Source: Candidatus Latescibacterota bacterium
GTDB lineage: Bacteria; Latescibacterota; UBA2968; UBA8231
Direction of reading: 5' to 3'
Length of the DNA stretch: 64,000 bases
NCBI GenBank assembly: GCA_963422735.1
Contig: OY730476.1
Coordinates: forward strand, 4,608,001 to 4,672,000
Both the position numbers and the translations under genes were made by a program. This document shows, piece after piece, positions 29,815 to 40,360 of this stretch; within the stretch, counting starts at the first letter, position 1; each line of letters begins with the position of its first letter. The notes under the pieces were generated by a model that searched no databases, was not told the origin of the DNA, and saw only the letters and a program-made list of their open reading frames with translations.

Positions 29815-30513
29815 ATGTCTGAGTTTGAGTTTCTCGGCCTTCCCCACATCGCCGCGATGGGTGTAACGCTCGCCTTGCCGATCCTCTTGACCATTGCCGT
29901 CAAGCGGCTCCGTTCAGCCAAGGCGACCCGAGCCCTCTGTAGCGCATTCGCGGGTGTGCTCTTGCTCAACGAGCTCCTGTACTGGAGCCAGCGCTTGGCA
30001 ACGGTCGGGGCGCACGAGTTCGTGCGGTTGCACCTGCCGTTGCACATCTGTGGCATCACCGTATTCGCGGTCGCTGCCGCGCTCGTCTTCCGCTGCCGCA
30101 CGGCGTACGAAATCGCGTACTTCTGGGGGCTGGTCGGCGCAACCAACGCCGTCGTCACGCCTCAGATCGAGGCTGGCTATCCAGCGTATCGCTTCTTTCA
30201 ATATTTCATCGCGCACGGCGGCATCGTCGCCGGCGCGCTATTCGCAACTTGGGGTCTCGGCATGCGGCCGACGGCCAAGTCAGTCCTCCGCGTATTCGCG
30301 TTGCTCAACCTCCTCGCCCTTGTCGCGCTTGGCGTCAATCGGGTGTTGGGGAGCAACTACATGTTCCTCAGCCAACCACCCGTTACCCAGTCGCCGTTTT
30401 TCTTTGCCCCGTGGCCGTGGTATATCCCAATCCTCGACGGCGTGGCGCTCATTTTCTTTTACGCGCTATTCATACCCTTCTTTAAGATCGGGCGCAGAGG
30501 AGACGGCTCGTGA
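29815..30513 (+). CDS. TIGR02206/YwaF-like membrane protein
   Basis: LPLHIC, FF.YFI.HG, NYMFL, PWPWYI. Confidence 0.8.
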   Translation: MSEFEFLGLPHIAAMGVTLALPILLTIAVKRLRSAKATRALCSAFAGVLLLNELLYWSQRLATVGAHEFVRLHLPLHICGITVFAVAAALVFRCRTAYEIAYFWGLVGATNAVVTPQIEAGYPAYRFFQYFIAHGGIVAGALFATWGLGMRPTAKSVLRVFALLNLLALVALGVNRVLGSNYMFLSQPPVTQSPFFFAPWPWYIPILDGVALIFFYALFIPFFKIGRRGDGS

Positions 30514-30571
30514 GCGCCAACAACGCCTTCTCCTCGAGGGGCGGGTGGAAATCGGGCCCTTTTAGATTACC

Positions 30572-32209
30572 ATGAAAGCATCTCGCAAAAAAAAGAAGGC
30601 TGCGCCCCAAAAATCCGAGCAGCAGGATCTCAAAGCGGACCTAGGCACGCACGTAGTCGAGTTATTGGAAACGCCTTGGGCGCAGTGCGGTATTCCCCTC
30701 TTTATCGTCGTGGCGACATTCCTCTTGGGGATCTGGACCTTCGACGACAAACTTTCCCTCAGCGGCGACAACGCCGAATTCATCACGTTGGCGCGCAGCT
30801 TGGCTCAAGGAGAAGGGCTTTTGCACATCAACTCGCCCGATCCGCAGCCAGCGACCAAGTACCCTTTTGGCTTTCCCCTTTTGCTGGCTCCTCTGGCGTG
30901 GGCTTTTCCCGGCGATTGGGTGCCGATGAAAGCTTGGGTGCTGGTGCTTTTTGCACTGGGGATGGGGGTGCTCTACCAATTGGCCAAGGAGCGGGTGGGT
31001 GCTGTGGCCGGCCTAGCGGTGGTGGTGCTGAGCGTTGTGCTCGGCAAGAGCTATTTGACGCACGGCCCGACCGGCGCCGCCTACGGCCCGCTGCTTTTGC
31101 ACTACGCACACCAAGTCATGTCCGAAGTGCCCTATCTGACCTTTTCGCTTTTGGCCCTGTGGCTTGTCGAACAGGGCGTCGGGCGCGAGGGCCTCAAGGG
31201 GAACTGGTGGCTCGTCGGCGGGTTCGCTTGCACCATTTGGGCGTACTACATTCGCACGGCTGGGATCGCGCTAGTAGCGGCTGTGGTAGTCTATCTGTTG
31301 CTCCGGCGCGATTTCCGGCGGTGTCTATTCTTTGGCGGCGCGGCGTTTGTCTGCTGGCTGCCGTGGACATTGCGCAATCAGGCGGTGGGCGGTGGTGGCG
31401 TCTATATCAAGCAGCTCTTCATGGTCAATCCCTACTACCCAGAGCGGGGCCTACTCGACGTGGGCGGTTTTGTCGAGCGCTTTATCGGCCATACGCATCG
31501 CTATCTGACGCGGGAATTGCCCAATACCTTGGTGCCTTTTTTTGATGGCACCGAGACGATTCTTCATCCCGCGCCCTTGTTGCTGATTGCGCTCGCCGTT
31601 GCCGCGACAGTCCTTTGCATCAAGCGCGGCGAACATCTGTTGATCTTGCTCTACGCAGCCTTCTTCATGGGTATCGCGTTGCTCTGGCCCTGGCCGGGGG
31701 ATCGCTTTCTGGGGCCTATTGTGTCGGTACTCGTCTTGTTGGGGGTCTGGACCGTTTTGCAAATCCGCGATGGCCTGGCCGGGGGCATTATGGGCAGGCT
31801 CGTGGTGTGGGGTTGCCTTCTCGCCTGCGTCATCGGCCAAGCTGGCGGCGTCAAGCGCCTAGCCGACTACGCTGCCGCTGACTACCCTCCGCCTTGGCTC
31901 GGCTACTACCAAGCGGGTCAATGGCTTAAAGCCAACGCGCCGGCAGACGCCATCGTGCTGTGCCGCAAGGGCTACTGGATGTACATCGTCTCGGGCCGGC
32001 GCTGCGTCGGCTTCCCCTTTGACGAGCCGGCAAAAGTGCTGGCCCATATGGAGCGCGAAAAGGTAGATTACGTCGTGCTGGAAAACCTCGGTTTTCCACA
32101 GACTGGGCAGTACCTGTATCCGGCCATCAAGGAATACGAGAGCCGCTTCCAGGTGGTGTGGCACGACCCAACCGTGCCGACGTTTGTGTTGCGTTTTCTC
32201 CGACCTTAG
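30572..32209 (+). CDS. GT-C fold (ArnT/PMT-like) membrane glycosyltransferase
   Basis: GDNAEFI.LA.SL..G.G, YP.G.P.LL, MSEVPY, many TM segments, DRFL.P. Confidence 0.75.
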   Translation: MKASRKKKKAAPQKSEQQDLKADLGTHVVELLETPWAQCGIPLFIVVATFLLGIWTFDDKLSLSGDNAEFITLARSLAQGEGLLHINSPDPQPATKYPFGFPLLLAPLAWAFPGDWVPMKAWVLVLFALGMGVLYQLAKERVGAVAGLAVVVLSVVLGKSYLTHGPTGAAYGPLLLHYAHQVMSEVPYLTFSLLALWLVEQGVGREGLKGNWWLVGGFACTIWAYYIRTAGIALVAAVVVYLLLRRDFRRCLFFGGAAFVCWLPWTLRNQAVGGGGVYIKQLFMVNPYYPERGLLDVGGFVERFIGHTHRYLTRELPNTLVPFFDGTETILHPAPLLLIALAVAATVLCIKRGEHLLILLYAAFFMGIALLWPWPGDRFLGPIVSVLVLLGVWTVLQIRDGLAGGIMGRLVVWGCLLACVIGQAGGVKRLADYAAADYPPPWLGYYQAGQWLKANAPADAIVLCRKGYWMYIVSGRRCVGFPFDEPAKVLAHMEREKVDYVVLENLGFPQTGQYLYPAIKEYESRFQVVWHDPTVPTFVLRFLRP

Positions 32210-32213
32210 TGCC

Positions 32214-33326
32214 TCAAGCGCTGGTGCGCTCGGCGGTCGCCTCCACCATTTCCCGCATCGTCCGCTCGATGTCGTATTCGCATTCCCATTGGGGATAGTG
32301 CGCTTGGAACTTGCGCACGTCGCTGATCCACCAGATGTGATCGCCCCTGCGGGCCTCATCCACAAGTGTGTAGTCGAGCGATCGGCCCGCGAGGTGTTGC
32401 GCGGTTTCAATAGCCTCCAGCACAGAGACGTTGGCGCGGCGGCCACCGCCCATATTATACACTTCGCCTGCGCGGGGATTTTGGCAGAAGTGCCAGAAAG
32501 CCGAGACGAGGTCTCGGCTGTGGATGTTGTCGCGGACCTGTTTGCCTTTGTAGCCAAAGATGGTATAGGGCCTCCCCGTGACTACGCATTTGACTAGGTA
32601 GGACAAGAAGCCATGCAGCTCGGCGGCCGAATGGGCTGGGCCGGTTAGGCAGCCTCCGCGGAAAACGGCGGTCTTGAGACCTAAGTAGCGGCCGTATTCT
32701 TGGGTTAGGATGTCGCCGGCGAGCTTGGATGCGCCGAAGAGGCTATGCTGACATTGGTCGATGCGCAGGCTCTCGTCAATGCCAAACTCTCGATAAGGGT
32801 GCGCCGCGTCTAGCTCATAGCGGGTCGCGCATTCCACCAAGGGCAGCTCGTTGGGCGCATCGCCGTACACTTTGTTGGTGCCGGTAAAGATGAAAACCGC
32901 TTCTGGGGAGAAGCTGCGCGTGGCTTCCAACAGGTGGAGGGTGCCGTTGGCGTTGATCTCAAAATCGGTAAGCGGTTCGCGGGCTGCCCAGTCGTGCGAG
33001 GGTTGTGCTGCTGCGTGAATTACCAGTGCGATGGCCTTGCCGCATTCGGCAAACAGCGCGTTTATGCCAGCCGCATCGCGGATGTCGAGATCGCAATGTC
33101 GGTAGTTGGGCAGTCCCTTTTCGAGCTGGGTGCGGTTCCAAGCGGTTGAGCCGTCCGCGCCGAAAAAGTACTGCCGCATGTTGTTATCTACGCCGACGAT
33201 GTCAAAGCCGCGCTCGTGCAAGAAGCGGGCCGCTTCGCTACCGACGAGACCCGCCGAGCCGGTGATCAGGGCGATGCTCAATGGAACGGCCTCCTTCCGG
33301 TGCGCGTTGTAATTTGCTAGCCGCAC
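32214..33326 (-). CDS. NAD-dependent epimerase (CDP-paratose 2-epimerase-like)
   Basis: [36 protein letters not shown]; start may be slightly downstream. Confidence 0.88.
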   Translation of the reverse strand: MRLANYNAHRKEAVPLSIALITGSAGLVGSEAARFLHERGFDIVGVDNNMRQYFFGADGSTAWNRTQLEKGLPNYRHCDLDIRDAAGINALFAECGKAIALVIHAAAQPSHDWAAREPLTDFEINANGTLHLLEATRSFSPEAVFIFTGTNKVYGDAPNELPLVECATRYELDAAHPYREFGIDESLRIDQCQHSLFGASKLAGDILTQEYGRYLGLKTAVFRGGCLTGPAHSAAELHGFLSYLVKCVVTGRPYTIFGYKGKQVRDNIHSRDLVSAFWHFCQNPRAGEVYNMGGGRRANVSVLEAIETAQHLAGRSLDYTLVDEARRGDHIWWISDVRKFQAHYPQWECEYDIERTMREMVEATAERTSA

Positions 33327-33328
33327 GG

Positions 33329-34411
33329 TCAGTGCAACGTTTTACTCGCTAACGTGCGGCCAGTGAACATCGGGCGGACCCGATCGTCGTTGTCCGCCAG
33401 CCAAGTGCAGATGTTGCCGACGATGTCCCGCGCGGTCTTTTGCGGGGTCCAGCCAAAGGCTGCCTGTGCCTTGGCGTTGTCGGTGACGTAATAGGGGATA
33501 TCGGTCGGCTGAGTCTGGGGGATCGCGGCGATTGTGAGGATACAGCCTGTGGCCTCTTGGCAGAGTTGGGTGTACTCCACTAGCGAGGTCGAGCCGGCAA
33601 GGCCACCGCCGGCGTTGAACACGTCGCCCGTCCACGCGGCCGGACAGGCCATTTGCGCCTCTAACAGGGTGAAGAGATCGTCCGGGTGCAAGAGGTCGCG
33701 CACTTGCTTGCCGCTGCCGCCGAACCCCGTGTAGCGCAGCTCCAATCCAAAGAAGTGTCCAGCGACCCACAGGGCGTACACGCCCTGATCGACGCGGCCC
33801 CACTGGCCTGGCCCGGCGATGACTCCGCAGCGGTTGACCACGGCCTTTAGTCCGTAGGCAGCGCAGTACTCTTGGACGAAGAGTTCGGACGCCAACTTAG
33901 TCGCGCCGTACAGCGAGCGGTGACCGGAGGTGGCAAATGCCTCGCCGATGCCGGCGGCCGACAGTCCCGCTGGCTGCGGGCCTTGTGGGTCGAGGCGAAA
34001 GCGCGTCTCCGCCTCGCGCAGGGGTAAGATGCGCAGCGCGGGTAGCGAATAGACCCTCGAAGTGGAGAGGAAGAGCAAGGCACCAGCGCGTCGGCGCGCC
34101 CACTCCAAGCAGTTGAGCGTGCCTTGGAGATTGGTGTCGATCGCATTAGTACCCGCGTGAACTGAAGGCTCGGCCGCCGCGTCGATGAGCAAGTCGAAGG
34201 TACCTGTCAGCGATTCCAAATCGCGGGGAAAGCGGATATCGCCGTGGATGAATTCTATGTTGTGCGCTCTGAAGTCGGCCAAGTTCAGCTCGGACCCGCG
34301 CCGGCTGAGGTTGTCGAAGGCAACGATGCGCCGGCTGGGGTAGTGTTGGCGGTAGCGGAGCGCCAAGCTCGCGCCGACAAAACCCGCACCACCGGCAATG
34401 CACAAGCTCAC
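33329..34411 (-). CDS. NAD-dependent epimerase (second CDP-paratose 2-epimerase-like paralog)
   Basis: [34 protein letters not shown]; GTG overlaps upstream stop. Confidence 0.88.
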   Translation of the reverse strand: MSLCIAGGAGFVGASLALRYRQHYPSRRIVAFDNLSRRGSELNLADFRAHNIEFIHGDIRFPRDLESLTGTFDLLIDAAAEPSVHAGTNAIDTNLQGTLNCLEWARRRAGALLFLSTSRVYSLPALRILPLREAETRFRLDPQGPQPAGLSAAGIGEAFATSGHRSLYGATKLASELFVQEYCAAYGLKAVVNRCGVIAGPGQWGRVDQGVYALWVAGHFFGLELRYTGFGGSGKQVRDLLHPDDLFTLLEAQMACPAAWTGDVFNAGGGLAGSTSLVEYTQLCQEATGCILTIAAIPQTQPTDIPYYVTDNAKAQAAFGWTPQKTARDIVGNICTWLADNDDRVRPMFTGRTLASKTLH

Positions 34412-35391
34412 GGCAGTGGGGCGTCGGCGCGGACTAATCCCTCGTCGCGGAGCTCGGCCCAAAACGGTGGGGGAATCTCTTGCGTGAGCAAGTCGAAATT
34501 TTCTTGTACTCGCTCGGGCTGCCGCGTCCCGGGGATGATGCAGGTGATGGCCGGATGGGCGAAGACAAATTGCGAGGCCGCCGCTCGCAGATCGACTTGG
34601 TGGCGACCGGCCACGGCCTCTAGGGACTTGGCCCTAGCCGCGATTTCGGGTGGAGCCTCTTGGTAGTTGTAGGTTGCACCTGGATGCGCGCCTTTGGCCA
34701 AGATGCCGCTGTTATACGTACCACCGGCCATGATGCCGATGTTCTTTTCCACGCACAGTGGCAAGAGTTCGTCGAGTGCGCTCTGGTCGAGCAAGCTGTA
34801 GCGTCCGGCGAGGAGGAAGCAGTCGAAATCGCCCTCGCGGGCAAAGCGGGCCAGCATTTGCCATTGGTTCATGCCCGCACTGACGGCGCGGATGACGCCC
34901 TCGCTGCGCAGCTTGTCGAGTGCGGGATAAGCACCGTCGATGGCCTCCTGCGAGTGGTCGTCCGGGTCGTGAATGTGGAGGATGTCGATGCGATCTACGC
35001 CTAGGCGTTTGAGGCTGTCTTCAAAGGAGCGCATGACGCCGTCGTAGCTGAAGTCGAACACGGGTTGGTACGGGGCCGGGTCGTCGAACGCGCCCACTTG
35101 TTGGTCTTGTTCGGTTGGGACCAAGACGCGCCCTACTTTGGATGCGAGTACATAGCTGTCGCGCGGCACGTCCACGAGAGCCTGCCCGAGGCGGATTTCG
35201 CTTTTGCCGGCCCCGTACAGCGGTGCGGTGTCTAAGAGGTTTAGCCCCAGAGACAGGGCGCGCTGTACGACGGAGACGGCTTGGTCGTCTGGTATGTCGC
35301 CGTATAGGCCGCCGATAGAGGCGCAGCCCAAGCCGAGGCGGGTGACGCGCAGCCCGCTGCTGCCGAGGGTGACTTTTTCGAGTGGATTCAT
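34408..35391 (-). CDS. Aldo/keto reductase (D-threo-aldose 1-dehydrogenase-like)
   Basis: DTAPLYG.G.SE, SKVGR, FDFSYDG..RS.E.SL.RLG, HDPD. Confidence 0.9.
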   Translation of the reverse strand: MNPLEKVTLGSSGLRVTRLGLGCASIGGLYGDIPDDQAVSVVQRALSLGLNLLDTAPLYGAGKSEIRLGQALVDVPRDSYVLASKVGRVLVPTEQDQQVGAFDDPAPYQPVFDFSYDGVMRSFEDSLKRLGVDRIDILHIHDPDDHSQEAIDGAYPALDKLRSEGVIRAVSAGMNQWQMLARFAREGDFDCFLLAGRYSLLDQSALDELLPLCVEKNIGIMAGGTYNSGILAKGAHPGATYNYQEAPPEIAARAKSLEAVAGRHQVDLRAAASQFVFAHPAITCIIPGTRQPERVQENFDLLTQEIPPPFWAELRDEGLVRADAPLP

Positions 35392-35488
35392 GGTGTGCTC
35401 CTTATTTAGATAGCTTCTAAGCTTCGAGTGGAAAAACAAAACATAGGCTAAACCACCTTGTGCAAAAAGCCCGCCCCTTGGGACCTGC

Positions 35489-35517
35489 TTGACGCTCACA
35501 GGGGCATGCTGTACATT
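35489..35517 (+). promoter_or_regulatory. Putative sigma70 promoter
   Basis: TTGACG-17 nt-TACATT upstream of 35563. Confidence 0.5.
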
Positions 35518-35562
35518 AAAGCGGCCTTTAAAATAATTCGGAACTCATTGAATATAAAAGAG

Positions 35563-36996
35563 ATGTATCAGTTTAAGGCCAAGCTGCTAGCCATGCTAAT
35601 GTTGGCCGGGTGCGCCGCCACCGAGGAGCCGCCGCAAGAAGCAGCCCGCAGCGAGCGGCCGACCTTGGCCGAGTGGCAGTGGGCCGATGGCCAGATGCCT
35701 TGGAGCACTTGGGACGAGTCGTTGTTCGCGCGCGCTCAACGCGAAGACAATCCCATATTGGTGTATTTGGCCGCCCCGGGATGCGAGGGCCTGTTTCCCG
35801 CCCCGACGCCGGCGTTGCGCCAACTGGTCGCCGAGAAATTTGTCGGCGTGCAGGTCGATCCATTCAAGCGGCCGGACATTGCTCGGCACTACGACAGCGG
35901 CGGTTGGCCGGCCCTAGTAGTAGCCCTGCCAGACGGGCAGGTTTTTGCGCGGGCCGTGGATATTCCACCATCCAATGTCGAGCCTTATCTGCGCCGATTG
36001 CGCTCGGCCTACGAGGAAAAGCGCGCGGTGCTCGTCGCCAAGGTGCAGCGCGCAGTCGCCCGTCCCGAGATTGAGAAACCCTTTGCAGTAGATGCGGTTT
36101 ACCGCGCGTGCGTGGCCGCCTTTGACTCGGCCCACGGCGGCTTTGGCGGCCCGACCAAATTTCTCGAGGCTTCGGTATTGCGCTTCCTGCTCGTCTATGC
36201 CGAGATGCAAAGCTCCGCGCCGGCGCGGCAGATGGCATTGGCCAGCTTAGACGCGGTGCTCGCCTCACCGCTTGGCGACAGCGGCGGTTTTCGCGCGTAC
36301 TCATACGCGCCGGATTGGAGCGCGCCCGCCTGCGAGCGGGACGCCCGCGATCAGGCGGCCATGCTGCATCTGTTGCTGGAGGCCAACCAACCCCGCTACG
36401 TCGAGTCGGCCAGAGCACTACTCGGCTTTGTCGAGGGTACGCTCTTCGACAAAGCCGAGGGCGCGTTCCGCGGCCGCCAAGTCATGGCCGGCACTTGGTG
36501 GACCGACCCTACGCTCTACGCCGACCGCCAAGCAGCCCTGATACGAGCCTATCTGGCTGCGGCCGCTGCCCTAGGCGACGAACGCGCCGCTCAGGTGGCC
36601 CTGCAAGCCGGCGACGCGCTCATCAACCGCTGTATCGACGCCCGCGGCCGGGTGCGGCACGTCTGCGACTCAGAGGCCGCGGGCAGTGCCGGCCTACTCG
36701 TCGATCAAGCCTTAGCGGCATTGGCTCTGTGGGAGTTGGGCCAGTGGAGTGGGGGGGCGCGGTTTGCCACGGCGGCCGAACAGGTCGCGCACTTTATGGA
36801 GCAATCGTACGACCACCCCGTTGCCCTCGGCCTGCTGCCGCACCAGACCAAGGCTCTCGCCCTCCAGCTCTACGGGCGACAGGGCCATGCCGAGCGGGTG
36901 GTCGCCTTAGCTGGCGAACCGCGCTTGGCGCAGGTGCCCGGTCGAGCGCATAGTTCGTGGGCGAGGGCCTTGCTGCTATACGGCCCGCCGCTATGA
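35563..36996 (+). CDS. DUF255/YyaL-like thioredoxin-fold plus alpha-barrel lipoprotein (degenerate)
   Basis: LAGC lipobox; W..W....F.RA..ED.PI, VD...RPD...Y..GGWP, FD..HGGFG...KF. Confidence 0.7.
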   Translation: MYQFKAKLLAMLMLAGCAATEEPPQEAARSERPTLAEWQWADGQMPWSTWDESLFARAQREDNPILVYLAAPGCEGLFPAPTPALRQLVAEKFVGVQVDPFKRPDIARHYDSGGWPALVVALPDGQVFARAVDIPPSNVEPYLRRLRSAYEEKRAVLVAKVQRAVARPEIEKPFAVDAVYRACVAAFDSAHGGFGGPTKFLEASVLRFLLVYAEMQSSAPARQMALASLDAVLASPLGDSGGFRAYSYAPDWSAPACERDARDQAAMLHLLLEANQPRYVESARALLGFVEGTLFDKAEGAFRGRQVMAGTWWTDPTLYADRQAALIRAYLAAAAALGDERAAQVALQAGDALINRCIDARGRVRHVCDSEAAGSAGLLVDQALAALALWELGQWSGGARFATAAEQVAHFMEQSYDHPVALGLLPHQTKALALQLYGRQGHAERVVALAGEPRLAQVPGRAHSSWARALLLYGPPL

Positions 36997-37892
36997 GAAT
37001 TTTGGTGACAGGTGCCACCGGCTTTTTGGGCCGCACCCTGCTCTCCTTGGAAGGGGAAGCCGAGTGGATGGGCTGCGGTCGCCGGCCCGCGGCTGCAGGC
37101 ATTCCCTATTGCCAAGTGGATCTAGCCGACCGCAAGGCGGTAGCCGCACTCGTCGCCGAACTGGCTCCAGATTGGGTGATCAACGCCGCGGCCATGACCG
37201 ATGTCGATGGCTGCGAAAAAGACGCGCCGGCCGCGCGGCAAGCCAACGTCGATATTCCCGAGAATTTGGTCGCGGCCTGCGATGTGGCCGGGGCTGGCTT
37301 GGTCCATGTTTCCACAGATTACGTCTTCGACGGCAAGCGCGGCCCCTACGACGAAGAGGATGCGGCCAATCCGCTGTCTTGCTACGGCCAACTCAAGCTC
37401 GAAAGCGAGGGCATACTAAAGAAAATGGAGCGCGTGCTAGTCGTGCGGACCCTATGGCTATACGGCTATGTTCCGCAGACTGGGTCCAACTTCCTCACGT
37501 GGGTACTGCGGGGGTTGTCTGGCGATCAGCCCCTGCGGGTTTTTGCCGATCAGTGGGGCAACCCGACCTACATCCGCGATTTGGCCCGTGCCTTAGTATC
37601 CCTGTGCGGCCAAGAGGCACGGGGCTTGTTTCACATGGGCGGCGCGACCTTTATGACGCGCTGGAAGATGGCGCGGGAGCTGGCCTGTTTCTTCGGGATC
37701 GACGGCGCGTTGATCGAGCCCGTGCCGACTCGTGCGGCCGGGCTGCCAGCCGCGCGGCCCCTGCGCTCAGGTCTGTGCACCGACGCACTCGAAGCCGCAC
37801 TCGGCCGCCGGCCTCTGCGCTTTGCCGAAGGGCTGCAACACCTCGCCGCGGCCCCGCATTTTCGCCGCGACTTCCCCCAATTTGCCCGCTAG
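36993..37892 (+). CDS. rfbD: dTDP-4-dehydrorhamnose reductase family SDR
   Basis: VTGATGFLG, NAAAMTDVD.CE, HVSTDYVFDG, YG..K, DQ.G.PT. Confidence 0.85.
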   Translation: MRILVTGATGFLGRTLLSLEGEAEWMGCGRRPAAAGIPYCQVDLADRKAVAALVAELAPDWVINAAAMTDVDGCEKDAPAARQANVDIPENLVAACDVAGAGLVHVSTDYVFDGKRGPYDEEDAANPLSCYGQLKLESEGILKKMERVLVVRTLWLYGYVPQTGSNFLTWVLRGLSGDQPLRVFADQWGNPTYIRDLARALVSLCGQEARGLFHMGGATFMTRWKMARELACFFGIDGALIEPVPTRAAGLPAARPLRSGLCTDALEAALGRRPLRFAEGLQHLAAAPHFRRDFPQFAR

Positions 37893-37901
37893 CGCGTCCC
37901 C

Positions 37902-38627
37902 GTGGATCCCGTGCAGATTTCGCTGGTGACGCCCACGTATAACGAACGGGAAAGCTTGCCGCTCTTGGCCGAAGAGATATTCGCGGTCATCGGCCAAGAG
38001 CCGGATATCGACTTGGATCTCATCGTGGTAGATGACAATTCGCCCGACGGCACCGGCGCGGTGGCCGAGTCGCTGAAGGCCCGCTATCCCGTCGAAGTGA
38101 TACATCGGGCGGGCAAGCTCGGTTTGGGGTCGGCGGTGATGGCGGGTTTTGCCCAGTCGGCTCGGCCGCATCTCGGGGTGATCGACGCCGACTTGAGCCA
38201 CGACCCGGCGATCTTGCCCGAACTCATCCACAGCCTGCGCGACTGCGATCTTGCCATGGGCAGCCGCTTTGGAGCGACTAGCCGAGTCGAACGATGGGCT
38301 TGGCACCGCAAGCTGATCTCCCAAGTCGGCGTGGGCGCGGCCCGTCTGCTAACCGGGGTTGAGGATCCGCTGTCGGGTTATTTCTGTCTGCGCCGCCAAG
38401 TGATACAAGACCTAGTACTCACGTCCTCGGGTTACAAAATTCTGCTCGAAATTTTGGTCAAGGGTCTCTATCGGCAGCATCGCTCTGTGCCTTTTGTCTT
38501 CCGCAACCGCCAGTTCAGTTCCAGCAAGCTGGACCTGCGCGAGCATCTGCTCTTTGCCAAACAGATTCTCTACTTCAGCGGCTACAAGCTCATGGGCCGC
38601 CAGCGAGGTACTAGATCGTGCGACTGA
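37902..38627 (+). CDS. Polyprenol monophosphomannose synthase-like GT2
   Basis: PTYNE, VDDNSPDGT, KLGLGSA, DADLSHDP, GSR. Confidence 0.88.
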   Translation: MDPVQISLVTPTYNERESLPLLAEEIFAVIGQEPDIDLDLIVVDDNSPDGTGAVAESLKARYPVEVIHRAGKLGLGSAVMAGFAQSARPHLGVIDADLSHDPAILPELIHSLRDCDLAMGSRFGATSRVERWAWHRKLISQVGVGAARLLTGVEDPLSGYFCLRRQVIQDLVLTSSGYKILLEILVKGLYRQHRSVPFVFRNRQFSSSKLDLREHLLFAKQILYFSGYKLMGRQRGTRSCD

Positions 38628-40291
38628 GCGTCATCTTCCTCAGCTACAATACCCGCGACCTGACCCGACAGGCCCTGAGTGCTGTGCTGGCAGCAGCCGA
38701 GGGCCTAGAAGTGGAGATATTCGTCGTTGACAATGCCTCGACGGACGGCAGCACCGACATGGTAGCCGAGGAATTCCCGCAAGTGAAGCTCCTTTGCAAC
38801 GCGGCCAATGTGGGTTTTTCGGCCGGTAACAATGTAGCCCTGCGGGAGGTCGCCGGAGAATACGCGCTGCTGATCAATACCGATACTATCGTGCGCCGAG
38901 ATGCACTGCGCACAATGGTAGAGTTCTTAGACGCACACCCGGAAGCTGGAGCTTGCGGGTGCAAAATCCTCGACCCGGACGGCACTTTGCAGCTCGACAG
39001 CCGCCGCGGCTTTCCCACGCCATTGGCTGCTTTCTGCAAGATGTCGGGCCTGAGCCGCCTCTTTCCCAAGCACCTGCTCATTGCCCACTACCACATGACG
39101 TATCTCGACCCCGAGCAAACGGCCGAGGTCGAGGTGTTGTCTGGTTCCTGCATGATGGTGAGAAAGTCGGCCATGGACCAAGTCGGCCTACTTGACGAGG
39201 ACTACTTCATGTACGGCGAGGACATCGACTGGTGCTATCGCTTCCACCAAGCCGGCTGGAAGATATATTACGTACCGACGACCGCGATCATCCACTTCCG
39301 CGGCGAGAGTGGCCGGGGGACGCCCCTGAAAATGCTCTATCGCAAGAGCCAAGCCATGTCGATTTTTGTCAACAAGCACATGGCGCGGCGCTTTCGCTTC
39401 TTCCCGCTGTGGTTATTGCAGGTGGGCATTGCCCTGCATGGGACGTTTCGCTTCCTCGCCCGGGCGGGTCGCTCCTTGGCCATGCCTCTGATCGACGCCG
39501 GCTTGGTGCTCTGCGGCCTGAAGTTAGGTTTAGCGGTGCGCTACCACCAAGAGCTGGTGCCCTTCATCTATCGCGTTGAGCAGATCGGCAACCTCTTCGG
39601 CCTCGACGTCCAGCCGACGCGCTGGCTGGTTCCACCTCCGTACTCGGATTTGCAATGGGCTGCTGTGTACGGTGCTTCTACCTTGGTCTGGTTGTTGGCG
39701 TTTTACGTGTCGGGACTATACGACCGCCGCCGCTACTCAGTGGTGTGGTCGGTGGTGGGCGTGACGCTGGGGTTTGCCTTCATCGTGACGCTGGTCTTCT
39801 TCTTTAAGGCCTACAACTTCTCGCGGCTAGCCGCGGTCGCGGCTTGGTTTGGCAACGTGGTGTTAATCGCCGGTTGGCGCCTCGTCGCGCGTTGGTCTAT
39901 GCACCAGCGCGGCCGCGAGGGTCGGTTGCGCACCCTGCTGGTGGGAACCGATGCGACTGCAGTGGATTTCGTCGAACAGCTAGAGCGGGCGGGTATGGCC
40001 CATTGCAATCTGATCGGCGTGGTGGGAGAGGCTCCTCAGCAGCGAGGTCGCCCCTTGGCCGGTCGCCCGGTGATCGGCCACGTCGGCGAACTGGAGGAGT
40101 TGGTGAACGACTTCGCCATCGGTCACCTCGTGTTCACCCCGAGCACCATGGCGTCGTTCTTGGAGCAGCCGGTGGGGTCGCGGGATTTGCGCGTTAGTAT
40201 GGTGCCGATCGCGTTTGCCGAGATGGTTGCCGATCGCGGCGCACACGACTCTGCTCCCCTGCCCCTCGTGGAAATTAGGGCGGGCAGTTGA
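38618..40291 (+). CDS. GT2 glycosyltransferase fused to a TM region and a Rossmann-like (CoA-binding-like) domain
   Basis: VVDNAS.DG, N.GF..GNN, FMYGEDIDWC; C-half has 4-5 TMs, FSR and LLVG. Confidence 0.85.
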   Translation: MRLSVIFLSYNTRDLTRQALSAVLAAAEGLEVEIFVVDNASTDGSTDMVAEEFPQVKLLCNAANVGFSAGNNVALREVAGEYALLINTDTIVRRDALRTMVEFLDAHPEAGACGCKILDPDGTLQLDSRRGFPTPLAAFCKMSGLSRLFPKHLLIAHYHMTYLDPEQTAEVEVLSGSCMMVRKSAMDQVGLLDEDYFMYGEDIDWCYRFHQAGWKIYYVPTTAIIHFRGESGRGTPLKMLYRKSQAMSIFVNKHMARRFRFFPLWLLQVGIALHGTFRFLARAGRSLAMPLIDAGLVLCGLKLGLAVRYHQELVPFIYRVEQIGNLFGLDVQPTRWLVPPPYSDLQWAAVYGASTLVWLLAFYVSGLYDRRRYSVVWSVVGVTLGFAFIVTLVFFFKAYNFSRLAAVAAWFGNVVLIAGWRLVARWSMHQRGREGRLRTLLVGTDATAVDFVEQLERAGMAHCNLIGVVGEAPQQRGRPLAGRPVIGHVGELEELVNDFAIGHLVFTPSTMASFLEQPVGSRDLRVSMVPIAFAEMVADRGAHDSAPLPLVEIRAGS

Positions 40292-40360
40292 GCCGAGCGG
40301 TGTTGATTTTTTGCCTTTATTTACGTATTGTGAACGCGAGGATACGCTGGGAGAATAACT

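Noticed and set aside
32214-34411. Tandem CDP-paratose-epimerase-like paralogs
   Set aside because: Such pairs are common in polysaccharide loci; not novel
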